Shown piece after piece: positions 24,571 to 37,721 of a DNA stretch of 64,000 nt. This stretch comes from Lama glama (lineage: Eukaryota), in the NCBI GenBank assembly GCA_028534125.1, contig CM052816.1, positions 30,258,001 to 30,322,000 on the forward strand, in the 5' to 3' direction. The notes beneath the pieces are model-generated. The model saw nothing but the letters and a program-made list of their open reading frames with translations. It was not told the DNA's origin and ran no database searches. The position numbers were made by a program, and so were the translations under genes. The stretch's first letter is position 1. Each line of letters opens with the position of its first letter.

Positions 24571-26347
24571 TGTGCATTTTGAGTTTATAGTTTCAGGTTA
24601 GGTTTCTACTCATTATTATGCTGAATATTCAATCAGTAGTCTTTGATCAACTTTATAGCCTACATTGGCTACTTTCATATTTTCCAACAAAAGCATACAA
24701 GCTAGTGGGTTTGCTTTCTGATAGTTAGTAACCCATACAGATTGCTGAAGTTCAAATAGTCCAGGTAGGGAGGTGTGAATGATGATTACAGGATCCTTTT
24801 CATTAAAGCTCTCCATTTTTCTTTGGGAGAAAGAACTGGCAGAAGTGGAACTAGTGGGTATGCGGTAGAGATTGCGAAACTACTGAGTATCCCAGCCCTG
24901 ATCACCTGGAAAAGTTGGTCTTATGGACCTCAGCTTGGACCATTAATTAAAAACACAATTCTAGGTTAATCAGGTGGTTATCTGATTGTCTACCTCCAGG
25001 AGATGACTTAGGGTAATTTTCAGAGTCTCTCACTGGTAAAAAGACTTCACCTCCCTGGACATGGTCCCTGAGGAAGAACTAATTAGTGATTGTGAAATGC
25101 GGATATCATAGGCTATGCATCACTGCCATCAACCGACTGCCATTTAGAAGAGCACGCTCATTGACGAATAAACGTTCACACCCATATCCCAAATAAATCA
25201 TTAGCTCAGGCATCACTGCCAGCCTCTTTTTGTAATTTCTGAGCATGTATTTTAAATTATCAAAAAACAAATCCAAAGCAGCATTTGAGAAACATCAATC
25301 AAACAGCATCACTGAGTCTGCTCAGTGCCAGGCAGTGTATCAGGTGCTTGAAAATATGAAGACAAGCACAGAGGAAGATGGCACATGATCAGAAATATTT
25401 TTGGGCAATCACTGAGACAGTGTGTCTTCTAGCACCGTGACCACTGCTCCAGCACTGTCAGTTACAGCAGCAGTGATTACCTGGCCCTGCTGCTGAGGCT
25501 CTGCACCCTTGATGGGCATTAACTCACTCACTCCTCACAGCAACACTGTGAAATAAGTACCATTTAGTTCCTATTTTACACATGGGAAAAAAAAAAGCAA
25601 TAGGAGACAAAGGAACTTGGAACCAAATTGGCTGTCTGTATTTAACAACTACATAACACTCTATAAGATGAAAAATTACCTTTTTCTAGAATTATTTTAT
25701 ATTCCCACCCTTATGTTCTTCTAGCCTAGTTTATTTTTATCTTTATCCTGTTTGTTTAAAAATGTACTTTTAAACCATTTGAAATATTATTTATGAGGAA
25801 GGAAATGTATACAGTTTCCTCCACTGGCTTCTGTGATGTAATAGTGTCTTGGGTTTTCTTTTAATTTCTAATGACTTTTCTTGATGTTCTGTAGACTCAG
25901 CTTCTAACTTGCATTTGATGTAGATGTTTGCATGGCTGGAGACAGTCTCCATTTCCAACTCTGTAGATCCATCCCCACAGCCTTAACTTCTACCCACATA
26001 CAGTTGATTCACAGTTTACTATCTCTCATTCCATCCTCTCTTCTGAGAGCAAAACAGAAACGTTCCTCCATCTCCTAGAAATCTCGTGGTGGAACTTCAA
26101 CCATTTAATCATTATTTCTACCCCTATCTTGCAACGAAAGACAATAAAATCATGGCCCTCCTTTAGTAAACAATGCCACCTTTCACTCAGGTTCTCGGTG
26201 AAACAATTATAAGTCATCCTAACAGTTATCTTTCCTTTACTGCACTTGTTATATCCGTTTCTGCAGTGCTCTCAGAATCATCCACTCTTCTTCATGCCTG
26301 TCACTGACACTCTAGTTCAAGGTACCTATCAGAACTTTCCTAAACTT

Positions 26348-26412
26348 TTTTTTTAACTGAGGTATAGTCAGTTGCAATGTGTCAATTTCTGGTGTACAGC
26401 ATAGTGTCGCAG
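26348..26412 (-). mobile_element. Extremely 5'-truncated L1 3' end (65 bp)
   Basis: T tail + aactgaggtatagtcagttgcaatgtgtcaatttctggtgtacagc; TSD tcctaaactt at 26338-26347 and 26413-26422. Confidence 0.8.
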
Positions 26413-26624
26413 TCCTAAACTTGTGAAATAGCCTCCTACAAACAGAAGGCCTGACACTGAACTGTCCAATACACTGAAGTCACAGTGATCTTTTCAACAC
26501 CAAAATCTATTCAATGGCTTTCTTGTGCTCTCAGTGTTGAGAAAAGAGGACTCCTTCAAATGGCCCACAAGGTCCTTGACTATATGGGTCCTAACAGCTA
26601 CAGTGAGCTGCTTTATTTCCTTGT

Positions 26625-27303
26625 TTTTTTTTAAATTTTTTTAATTGAGTTATAGTCATTTTACAATACTGTGTCAATTTCTAGTGTAGAGTACAACTTT
26701 TCAGTTATACATGAACATACATATATTCATTGTTGCATTTTTTCGTTGTGAGCTACCACAAGATCTTGTATATATTTCCCTGTGCTATACAGTATAATCT
26801 TGTTTATCTATTCTACATATGCCTGTCAGTATCTACAAATTTTGAACTCCCAGTCTGTCCCTTCCCATCCCCCTCCCCCTTGACAACCACAAGTTTGTAT
26901 TCTATGTCTATGAGTCTCTTTCTGTTTTGTATTTATGTTCTTTTTTTTTTCTGATTCCACATACGAGCTATCTCATATAGTATTTTTCTTTCTCTTTCTG
27001 GCTTATTTCACTTAGAATGACATTCTCCAGGGACATCCATGTTGCTGCAAGTGGCGTTATGTTGTCATTTTTATGGCTGAGTAGTATTCCATTGTATAAA
27101 TATACCACCTCTTCTTTATCCAGTCATCTGTTGATGGACATGTAGGCTGTTTCCATGTCTTGGCTATTGTAAATAGTGCTGCTATGAACATTGGGGTGCA
27201 GGTGTCTTTGAAGTAGGGTTCCTTCTGGATAGATGCCCAGGAGTGGGATTCCTGGGTCATATGGTAAGTCTATTCCTAGTCTTTTGAGGAATCTCCATAC
27301 TGT
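26625..27303 (-). mobile_element. Young camelid-type L1 3' end
   Basis: ORF 27057-27260 [34 protein letters not shown] = L1 ORF2 C-terminus; TSD tttccttgt at 26616-26624 and 27304-27312. Confidence 0.95.
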
Positions 27304-27857
27304 TTTCCTTGTACTTGTTATGATCCTGCCCATCACAGGACATTTTCACAGGCTGTTTTCTCTGCCTGGCATGTTTTTACCTCTCCTCTTTGCCTAATTA
27401 TTGTCACTCTGTCTCATCCTTCCTGTTTCTCCTGACCAGGTCAAACTCCCTATTATAGGTTGCCATGCTATTTTGAACCATTACATCATAACACTTTGCA
27501 TTGTTGCAAATTTGGTATATATTTTAAACTTAGTATTCTACTAGATAGATGAGAAGTCATTGCACAATAAATAAGTTTTTCTCTGCATTTGTAGGCAACT
27601 TGGTGGCAAGTTGGTTGTCACAACTTTATATTAAATGTAGCAAGAGAAAATTATGTATTAAGTAAAGTGATCTCTGATGGTCTTTGAAATGAGATGGGGT
27701 AAAAGAAAACAAAAAGGCCCTCTAGGGTTTGGTCAGTCCAGAGCACAATGCTGCTTATTGGGAGGGCGCCTGTTTTCCTAATCAGCTTGGTGAGTCACAC
27801 CCACAGGTAGCGTCTGGCTGCAGGTTCAGAGATTTGGAGATGCAGAGAGTGTATGCT

Positions 27858-28056
27858 AGATCTGTGGTGTTCCGTGTGAGAGCCACATCACATATGGTTA
27901 TTTATACTTTCAATTCATTAGCATTAAATAATTTAAACATACAGTTTCTCAGTCACATAGCGATATTTTAAGGACTTACTAGCCTCAACCAACCGGACAG
28001 TGCAGATACGAAACATTTTCATCACTGCAGAGAACCAGCACATGGTATTGCCCTAG
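27858..28056. mobile_element. MER3-like hAT-Charlie MITE
   Basis: agccacatcacatatggttattta..tttctcagtcacatagc..ggacagtgcagata..catcactgcagag. Confidence 0.7.
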
Positions 28057-29475
28057 ACAGCTCCCACTCAGGATGGAAATGGTAAGTGGAATTAGAAAGA
28101 AAAATAACTGAAGGATTTCTGAGACAAAATTAATTGCTTTCAAAGAAAGAACTCTTAGAGAAGTTGGAAGTAAATTTTAATGAATTTCCCTTAAGCAGTT
28201 TGTGACGGCTCGTAAAATACAGTCTTATCTTCCCTAAAGCCCCTTGCTCCTCAGAGAATTCTATTTATAGATATGTGAACATTTCCTGATGTTTTCTACA
28301 AGGTAAATTGAATAACAAATTCAAAACCTTCCATTAAACTGCAGAATGCGGTTATAATAAAATCAGACTTGTAATTTTCTCGGTTTAAATATTTATCTAA
28401 AAAGTGATGATCTCGTTTAAAGTTTAGGGTTTTCTATTAGCTCTGGGTTGCACAGATAAAACCTCTCTCCCCTTCCTCCCTGTTTATTTCCACAAAGGAC
28501 TCTTTCCACATCTTTTCTCGTCACTAGATAGTGTATCTGAAGGAAAAGTCAGAAGGTGCCCTTCTGAACTTCAATTCACAGAATAAAGTTGAAGCTCCAC
28601 GTGAAAACTCTTGAGGCCATTAATTCCTTCATTTGACGTATTTTCACAGACACTGTTGTTTGTGCTGAATCTTGGGCTAGACTCTGATGGAAGGGGAAGA
28701 AAGCTTTAGTCAAAAGACAGGGCACTGGACCAGACAGTATGATGGATACAGGTAATAATTTGAGCAAAGGACAGGAAGTGACAAGAAACATACGTAGAAA
28801 TTCAAGTAATTCTCTCTGCCTGAATTATGGCATCATTATCACTAGGCACTTTTTATAGATGGAGAAAGAGGTGCAGAGAGGAAATATGCCCACACTTCTG
28901 TGGAGAGTTATTACCAGAAATGGAAGCAGGACACAGGTCTTTGCATGTGAACCTACGGTTCATCCCTTTGAAACTTGATTCCCAATAGGCTGAACCCATC
29001 TAGAGACCGCCTCTGAGACTTGGGGAAAACAAAAATTCTCGGGTGCCTCAGACTAATGACTCAAACTTAAGAGTGTCAAGATTGGGTTGAAAAAAGATTG
29101 TATAAGTTGGGGCACTGAAATCAGAGAAATTGCTCAAACTCTCGGTCTGCTGTCTATTGGCTGTGCACCTTTGGACCAGTCTTTTTTCTGTGGGTCTCAG
29201 TCTTTTTAATCTGTAAAACGTTCCTAAAAACTATCCAACTCGTACAGAGGCCGTATATGTGCCAGGTTTTTAGAGGTTTTATATATATATATAAAATCTA
29301 GGTTTTTAAGGTCTTCCCTGGGAGGTGGAAGTGGATATGGATATCCCAGGAGATGAAACCACATATGAAAAGGTGTGGAATCATGGAGGAGTATGGAGAA
29401 TTGAGGGACAGAGAAGGAGGTCGGTGTGGCTGGAACAGAGGGTGTGGGTATTTGGGAGTGAATCAGGTCAGTGGA

Positions 29476-30096
29476 TGTGGGTTTGTCAGCAGTTGTGGGT
29501 TCTGGCCAGCAGAAGTCCCACCGAGACGGAATGAATTACTCGAGACTCTGGGGAAAAGCCAAGAGAGCAAGAGGGAGTCGGGAGCCAACTCCCCCGAGCC
29601 TCTCAAATCTCCCATATTTATTGAGTACAGTCACAGGGGGAATGCAGGAATTTAGGGGAGGACAGGGTGGGATCACAATGAGTACAAAGGCTTTGTTTAT
29701 TGTTGGTGTTTGACTCAAGGTCAGAAGACTCTTTTTGGTGAATTCTGTTCCTGTTGAGCCTTTCAGCTTATCAGGGCGGAACGTGTGAGAATCAGCTGCT
29801 TACCAACTTGGATGCAGGCGGCTGTGCCTGTCTTAGGTTGCCCCCTCAGGGGGTCTTACCCATCATTGGCTAGCCAGCCTTCTTACCTCCAAGTCTGTAG
29901 CTTTCTATAAGTTGTTTACCGTTCCAGCCCAAGGCTGTTTTGGGGATAGAAGACTAACAGCAGGCACGCCCAGCGTTTATAGCCGGGGGCCTGGGTCATT
30001 GCTAAAACCTCCAGGCAGTTACTAAGCACATCATCTTTAAGAAGATAAGGGGCTGGGATCTGTTAAGATTTGTTAACCCAATCATGGGCTCCCACA
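29476..30096 (-). mobile_element. Solo ERV LTR (ERV2-like, 6-bp TSD) inserted in an L2
   Basis: TGTGGG..CCCACA perfect terminal inverted repeat; AGTGGA duplicated at 29470-29475 and 30097-30102; minus-strand AATAAA ~29622-29617. Confidence 0.85.
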
Positions 30097-30229
30097 AGTG
30101 GAAGCTGGGGAGAATGGAGGAGATGAAACTGAAGAAACAATGTGAGGTCACAAAACCAAGGTACACTTTGAAGATGGAAATTTCATATTATCTTTATATT
30201 GTTAGTACCAAGCAGGGAACCTAGATACT

Positions 30230-31000
30230 TCAGTTCATCCTTTTGAAATAGATGGGCAGATAGATCTGTGGTGGATGGGTGGACAGATAGATGGAAGGGT
30301 GAGTGGATAGATGGATGTTGAATGCATTTAATGAAAGTAAGGGCGTTGTGTGTAAATTTCCTAGTTTTAATTTTGTTCTTTGGCTAGATGAGGATAGAAA
30401 GTCTTTTAAAGCAAGAAATTTGTGCGACCAAACTTGCATTTTCAGATTACAGTTGGCAGTAGTATGGAGAACTGCCTGGAGTGTGGAGGGAATACAGGCA
30501 CGGCAGTTGCCAAGGAAGCTGTCAGGATGTTCCAGACGAGAGACTGAGGGCTGTAAGTAGGGAGGCAGAGAAGAGATGGAATTGAAGAGCATTTCAAGTG
30601 GAAAGGCGATGAACAGTGTGAAGGTGTTTACCTGGGACAGGAGGCATAGATGTGTGAGATGAATGAATCTCTTCATCTGGGAAAATAATGATAATTTGTC
30701 TAAATCATTTCTAAAGCCATTCTGATGTCAAAATACATGATTTAATGTTATCCCTTCAACTTCTTTCAGGCAAGTCTCCAGTTATCTGTCCTTTACCCAC
30801 TAAAGTGTGTTCTGTCTGCTCCCTTAACCCTTGTTGGGTTGTAATTGCTCACTTGCTTATAACCCTTACTGAACTGCTTACTCTTAAGAGTTTGAACAGC
30901 ATACAGTGTTTGCCTTTAATCCCTAGCTTCTGAATCAGTGCCTAACATAGAGCAGGTATTCAACAAGTATTCTTGAAATTGTGAAGAAATAAATGAATGC
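30230..31000. mobile_element. L2 fragments (minus ~30340-30640, plus 3' end ~30750-31000)
   Basis: gcattttcagattacagttggcagtagtatggaga; cagtgcctaacatagagcaggtattcaacaagtatt..aatgaatg. Confidence 0.65.
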
Positions 31001-32439
31001 ATGAACTTCCAACTAGGAGGGACTTTGGGATCCTGTGCCTCTCTCAGGGATTTACAGCTGCTACCCAAAGGTCTGAATACTTATTGTTTGGTCACCATTC
31101 TCACATCATTTCTAAGTTTTCTATTGTGCTGAGTTCTAAGGGATTTAGACTCTTTGAATGACTAGAATTCTCAGGCACTGGCTTTCTTCCTTGGATTAAT
31201 TTTTTTCCTCCATAGAACTGTCTATGAATAAGGAATTTTCTAGGCTAGTTCCTTCTTGGCACAATCCTTTCTTGGGGTGAATAGGGGAGGGCTTTTCCTG
31301 AGACCTGAGAACTATGAAGATCCCTCAGGTCAATTTTCATTCAGGTATTACCCGATGACATAATATGACCAAAAGCCAAACCCGGCATATAACACATAGA
31401 AAGCAAAGCAAACAAAAAATGAAACCTTGATGAGTTCGGTGCTTTGGAGGTTGTCCTTTCTGATTACTTTGCTATGAGAAGAGGTTCTTCAGTGATTATG
31501 GATGAGTCAGGAAGAAATATATAATCATATTTTCAGTACCAATTCATCTCTCCTCCAATAATTGAATTTAAGTATAATAAACACTGTATTGTAAACATGT
31601 GATGTTTTACATCACTTTAATGGACAAATTCCCTTGTTTCAAATAAATAAAATACATTGCCCTGAATATTGAAGCAAAAGTATTTCAAGACAGATTCTTT
31701 AATAAATTATTTATACTAGGGATTCATAAGATAAGTACCTCTAAGAAAAAATAGCTTTGCTGTTTTAATAAAATTGTATTCTTTTGACTGAACAGAAATT
31801 TGTTTCTTCTCACACTTGTCCTTGGGATTTGTTTATTTGAGTTTTTTAGTTTATTTAAATTCTCTGCTACTGATGTAAATAGGAAATGTATTAATATTTC
31901 ACTGTAGTTTTGCTTTGGTTTAACTTTGGAAATGATGTGTCCAAAATGAGAACACAGAGTGATTGCTTCAGTATTGCTAGTGTTGTTGCCTAGATATCCC
32001 AGCTGAACAGCTCGTAAACTCTGAGGATGAGATGCACAATTAACATAGGATACATGAAATTAGACACTTAGTAGGACAAGATTAGGTTATTTCAAAGACC
32101 AAGCATTCTCTAGGCCAAGATTCAGTAGTAGAAGTTTCCCTCTGTTCTAATGAAGGACAATATTAACAACCAAAGAAAAATTAAATCCACAAGGAGGGGA
32201 ATGGTCAGTTGTGATGTGAGACAGATGACGGCAAAGATCAGTTGCTGACTTGCTCTTCCAGCAACGCGCAGAAGGAGGGTCACTGACAAAGTGTCTTGAC
32301 ACGCGTGCTCTAGTGGCAGGGATGCCCACTCCAAGCACTGTGGACTCATTGTCACAACCTGAAGCCATGGGCCATGACGACAGAACTGTGAGTCTCCACT
32401 GTTCTGATTCCACATGTGCAAAGTAAAATTGGATCAGGT

Positions 32440-32952
32440 TTGGTTATCTATTGCTGGATCGTACACTACTTCAAAACTTAGTGGCTGAAAACAGCAACTA
32501 ATTAATTCTCTTGTTTTTATTGGTTGATGAGGAACAGCTGGGGAGTGCTCACTTGGAATCTGTCATGGTAGCTGGGGTTGGAGACATCGGAAGGCTCAGC
32601 TGGACTAGATGTCAAAGACTAGATGTCATACGTCTGTCACTTCACCTGGGAGGCTGGACGAGCATTTCTTTCTCCTTGTGACTTCTCTACAGATCTTGCT
32701 TGGGCTTCCTCATACCATGCTAGTCTCAGGTTTTAAGTTAGATGTCTTACATGGTTGCTCAGTTCCCAGAAAGAGAATTGACTTAAATCTGGGCAGAAGG
32801 TACAAGACTTTTTCTGACTTAGTGAAGTCATATGACATCAGTTCTAGCATAGTCTGTGAGTCATAGGGAAATCCAAGGGCCAAGCCGGATTTGTGGTGAG
32901 GGAACTACCAGGAAGCCCACTGGCAGCTCATCTTTGGAGACTGGTTACAACA
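32440..32952 (-). mobile_element. MaLR LTR (MLT1G/H-like)
   Basis: ttatctattgctg..caaaacttagtggctgaaaacagc..tctttggagactggttacaaca. Confidence 0.75.
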
Positions 32953-33968
32953 GCAGGTTAAAAGCTAGAGCAACTTCTCGGGGCACTTGGCCTAGGAACA
33001 GCTTCCTTTTTTGTGCGTTACAGGTATTTATTTTCAGACTGTTTAATTATAAAAATAATACATAAATATGTATAGAAACAATAGAAACATTTTAGAGTCA
33101 TGTTGAATGAAATGTAAATCTTAACACTACCAGCTTCCCTCATCCCATCTGCACATCCTGTGTAAACATTTTTGGTTACATTCTTCATCATCATCGTAAA
33201 ACAAAATACTATATTAATAATTATGTTGCTTTATGTATCACATTAGGTAATATACTCAAGCTCCTATCTTCAAAGATGGATAATCTGATTCTCTTTATAG
33301 TTTTTCATTTCTCTTCTATACAAATTTTGTATTTCTATTTTGTTTATTTTGTTTTCATTATTTTGGCAATATATTTAACTCTCCCTTACATGCTTAATTA
33401 AAAGAACAGGATATTTCTTGGATCACCACTACTAAAATGGAAGAAATTATCATATTTTACTATTTCTAACTTTATTATACTTTATAGTAATAACCTTTAT
33501 TATACATTTTAAAGTTGGTAATATTTTAAACATCCATAAATATGACTGAGTCTTCAATTCTCATTGTATTTATTTTAAAATTTGTAGAGGGAGGTGTATA
33601 AAGTTGTTTAACATATTATAATCATGTTAAGTGTTGTTCTTCAGAACCAAATGGTATGACTGACTCTGTAGGAAAAAAATATAGTCATGAATCATTTTAA
33701 ACCTGTGCTACGTGAGTAAGAATATTTCATTGTCAAAATTAAATGTATGTTTTTCATTTAACACCATATTTTGTTCAAAGTTACAATCTTTCTTAGTTGG
33801 ACCATTTCATTTTTCTATGGTATTTTTTACTGTTTACAACACTTTTCTTTTCTTCTTGACTAGTCTTTTTATTGTTAAGCTCTTCAAATTCCTTGTGATG
33901 GTATTTCCCGAATTAAGATAAAACTCCTTTTTTAATTAACAAATTGTTTTTGAAGCTCTTTGGCATCT

Positions 33969-36068
33969 TGTGGCAGGCAGCCTCTTAGATGGCCCCCAGT
34001 GGTCTCCATTTCTGGCATCACCACCTCTATACTCTTTTCTTGTTATATGTGCACTAGGCTTACTTGCTTCTGATGAATCCATTATGGCAGAAGTGATAAG
34101 ATGTCATTACTAAGATTAAGTTACAAGAATTGGGGCTTGTTTTGGGCACGCTTTCTTGGGTTGCTTGCCTTAGGATAAGGCTCCTGCTACTCATCAGGAA
34201 GCCCCCTAGAGGCCTGCCCACAGCTGTGTAAGCAAGGAGGTCCCCTAGCTGAGCTTTCAGATAAGACTGCAGCCAGAACCAACAGGTTGATTGCAGCCTC
34301 TTGCAACCACGAGTGGCCCAGAGCCACAGGTACCCAGCTAAACTACATCCAGATTCATGATTCACAGACCTGTGAGATAATAAATGTTTCTTGTTTTGAG
34401 CTGCAAAATTTTGTAAATAATTTCTGTTATACAGAAATAGATAAATAGATTTTGATGCCTGGAAGTGAGGTGCTACTAAAACAAAACCCAGAAATGTGGG
34501 AGTGGTTTTGAAACAGACATTCGGTTTTGAGGAGAGTATTAGTGAAGGTCCGAAGTGAATGAAAAGAAGGCATTAATACAAGTCACATGGTCTTTGATAA
34601 GACTGCTCATGAGGGCTTGTACGAAAATGGGGTAAATGTTATTGGAAGCTGGAGGAAAGGAGATATTTGTTATAGTGGCAGAAATTTAGCAATGTTATTA
34701 TGTGTAGTAACTTGGAAAGTAGAGATGTGCCTAATGAACTGAATGATCTCTCAAAGGTGATTTCCAAGGAAAGTGGTCAACGAGATGCTTCTGGTAGAAA
34801 GCAAGAGAAAAGGGGCAAATTGAGGAAAGAGTGGTTAAACAGAAGTAGTCAGAAATTAATGTTTTGAAAATCCTTAGGTTCTACAGATGGCAAATGATGC
34901 TAAATTAAGAAATGGCTTCCAAGCAAAGATCAAATCTAGAGCATAGCTCAAAAGCAGATTCCAAAGAAGCAGCCAAGGGTGTAACTTTAAAATATCATTT
35001 ACAAAAGTTTCACAGAGATCCAAGGTGATGTATTATATAGGCAGAATGTCCTCTAAGAGAATAAAGGTGTTCCTCACATATCTCAAGCAACACAGATTTC
35101 CTGAAGGATTTATCACAAATAAATTTGTACATATGGCTTTTGTTTATTAATGTGAAGCTCAAGAGAATTCCAAGGAGACCCTTACTGTTCTTTAAGAAAT
35201 GCTGCAGAAATATTCACCAACTGGGACTGAGGAGGACAAAACGTTAAGAATGAGGAACAATCCTAACACTCTAGATTTATACTGGCAAGAAACAAGCTGG
35301 GAAAGCCGGTCAGCTGCCAATACATGATACCTTTCATGAAAGAAGAAAGATGACATAGGAGATGGAAGTTAAATCCAGCGGGCAGAATGGAGCTATGGAG
35401 AATTATTCCTTGACCTTGGGATCTAATTAAGGAATGTCCAGCATTTGCCTGGCTGGATTTAAGTATTTCTATGGAGAAGTTGCACCCTTGTACCTTCCAC
35501 GTTCTCCCTTTTTGAACCGGAATGCCTACAGCAGTTATCCTGTCCCTGTCACTCTGTTGCACACTGGTGTGTGAGAGAAGACAACTTACCTCTTTAGCTG
35601 CACAGGTCTGGAGGTAGATAGAAGCTGTATGCAAGGAACCCCACCCAAAGAGTCTCTTCACATATGGAACTGATTTAGGTGATGATTTTTCTGAACTTTG
35701 AACTGTTGTTATAATAGGATGTCACTTCCAAGATAAAGGCATAAAATATTGTGGTTTCCGTCTTGAGTATTTCTTTTGTTCTCTTGTGGATTGCTCACCC
35801 TGAGGGAAGCCAGCTGAAATTTTGAAGCATTGCTTTGTGGAGAGGCTCACGTGGCACGGGACCATGACCTGATAATAACAGCATGAGAGAATACCAGTTG
35901 AGGCTGAAGTCAAGCCATTGGCCTGGGCTGCAGTCTCATCTGAAAACTCAGTTTACCAGTCAGAAGGAATCCACTTCCATGCGATGAAGTGTGATACAAT
36001 ACACGTTTGTTGTTTTAAGCCGCTAAGTTTGGGGGTAGTTTCTTATGCAGCAATAGGCAAGTACTACA
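33969..36068 (+). mobile_element. Two-LTR MaLR (MLT1E/F-like) with internal region
   Basis: 5' LTR tgtggcaggcagcctcttagatggcccc..aaatagataaataga (33969-~34448); internal region begins ttttgatgcctggaagtgaggtgct; partial 3' LTR ~35720-36068 ending gcagcaataggcaagtactaca. Confidence 0.85.
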
Positions 36069-36654
36069 GGCGTGAGAATGCCAACTAAGACTTCAGCTGT
36101 AAAAGAAACTTTCATTTCAATTAGGAAAACCAGTTCTTTTTTTTAGCATATAAATGTCTCGAGGGGATCTTGGCCATATTGCATGTGGAAATCAGACCAA
36201 ACTGGAATGATATCACACAGCTGTTCTTGAGGTCTAGAGTTAGGAAGTTTTATCTGGATGCATTTGTATTATCCTGTTCATAGCCCAGTGGCATTATATG
36301 CAACAGAGTCCCTGAATGTTTGGACAAGAGAAAAGAGAATGAAGACCAGCAGAGTGACTTATACTGAATTGGACAAGATAAATGGGAATCAGTATGCTCA
36401 GTTGACTAGAATGGTAGGGACTGGAAAGGACCCCAAATCACCTCCTCTGGGAGGACATGAGAGAAATAAGTAGGTGTAAGTAGGGGTGTAATAGTTTGGC
36501 ATTCCTCATGATATGTGAAACAAGGGTATTTAATCCCAGTCATTATATTCCAGAAGCCTCTTTCATAGAGACACACTGTTGCAACATTGATCATTAGAGA
36601 TATATTTCCCACTGGACAGAGCACAGTCATCGAGGTATTACATGCTAAATTCTT

Positions 36655-36725
36655 TCCCTCTTTCTTCCTTTCCTTCCTTCCTTCCCACTCCCTCCTTCCC
36701 ACTCCCTCCTTCCCTTCCTTCCCTC
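36655..36725. repeat. (CCTT)n-type pyrimidine repeat
   Basis: Direct reading. Confidence 0.85.
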
Positions 36726-37303
36726 CAAACCTTTGACTATTTACTGTCTTACAGTTTCTGCTTTATATGCTGAAGTTACAACAAAGAGCAGAAGAGGTCA
36801 AACCATTGCCCTCATGAGGCTTTATTACCTGTACGTGGTAGATGCATCTTATGCTCCAGCTCATTCTAAAAGAACCTACTTGGTCCTACTAGCACTCTTG
36901 ACTTGTGAGCATGGCTAAAGGAAGAAATCTTAAGACCTTTGATCCTGAGTGCACTGGTCAGTTTGCCAAACTGATTTTCCCTGAAGCTAAAGAATAGCTA
37001 CGTCTGTGGGAGAAATCCTGCTTGGCCACAAGTATAGCTACAGAGGCAGGGGATTTGGATTAGCTATTATGCTTCAGCCAGTTTCCACTTAGCAGCCAGC
37101 GGCCACTTTCACAGTCAGGGTACTGAGATTGGACCAAGTCAGGCTGTACTGTCTCTTCATAAGACTCTCCTAAATCACACACAAATTCATTGACGTAGAA
37201 AGCACAGGAGATTGAGGGTTTAGAAGGAGGCAGACTCTTTTTGTTTCCGTTTCTGTTTGGTGGTGTGGTTCTGTATCCCACCTGGAAACTTAAAGTTGCA
37301 GAT

Positions 37304-37721
37304 TGTATTAGTCAGCCTTAAACAAAAGAATGAAATTTTTCCATTTGCAACAGCATAGGTGGATCTGGAGGGTATGATGCTTAGTGAAGTAGACAGAGAA
37401 AGACAGATACTGTTATACCTTGTATGTGAAATTAAAAAAATGAAATGAATGAATATAGCAAAACAGAAACAGACTCACAGATACAGAGAACAAACCAGTG
37501 GCTACCAATGGAGAAAGGAAAGGGGGGGGCATGCTAGGGGTAGGGGATTAAGGAGTACAAACTGCTATGTATAAAATCAATAAACTACAAGGATATATTA
37601 CACAACACAGGGAATATAGCCAATATTTTGTAATAACTTTAAATGGAGCATGACCTGTAAAAATATTGAGTCACTATTTTGTACTCCTGAAACTAATATT
37701 ATAAATCAATTGTACTTCAAA
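37304..37721 (+). mobile_element. 5'-truncated L1 3' end
   Basis: ccatttgcaacagcataggtggatctggagggtat..ctcctgaaactaata; 12-bp TSD aaagttgcagat at 37292-37303 and 37722-37733. Confidence 0.9.

Larger units (their letters stand above)
25830..27500 (+). mobile_element. L2 LINE interrupted by two L1 insertions
   Basis: atccactcttcttcatgcctgtcactgacactctagttcaagg..aatagcctcct..tggcccacaaggtcctt..ggctgttttctctgcctggcatg. Confidence 0.7.

Noticed and set aside
37060..37281. Minus ORF with an acceptor-like site
   Set aside because: No recognisable protein and no partner exons
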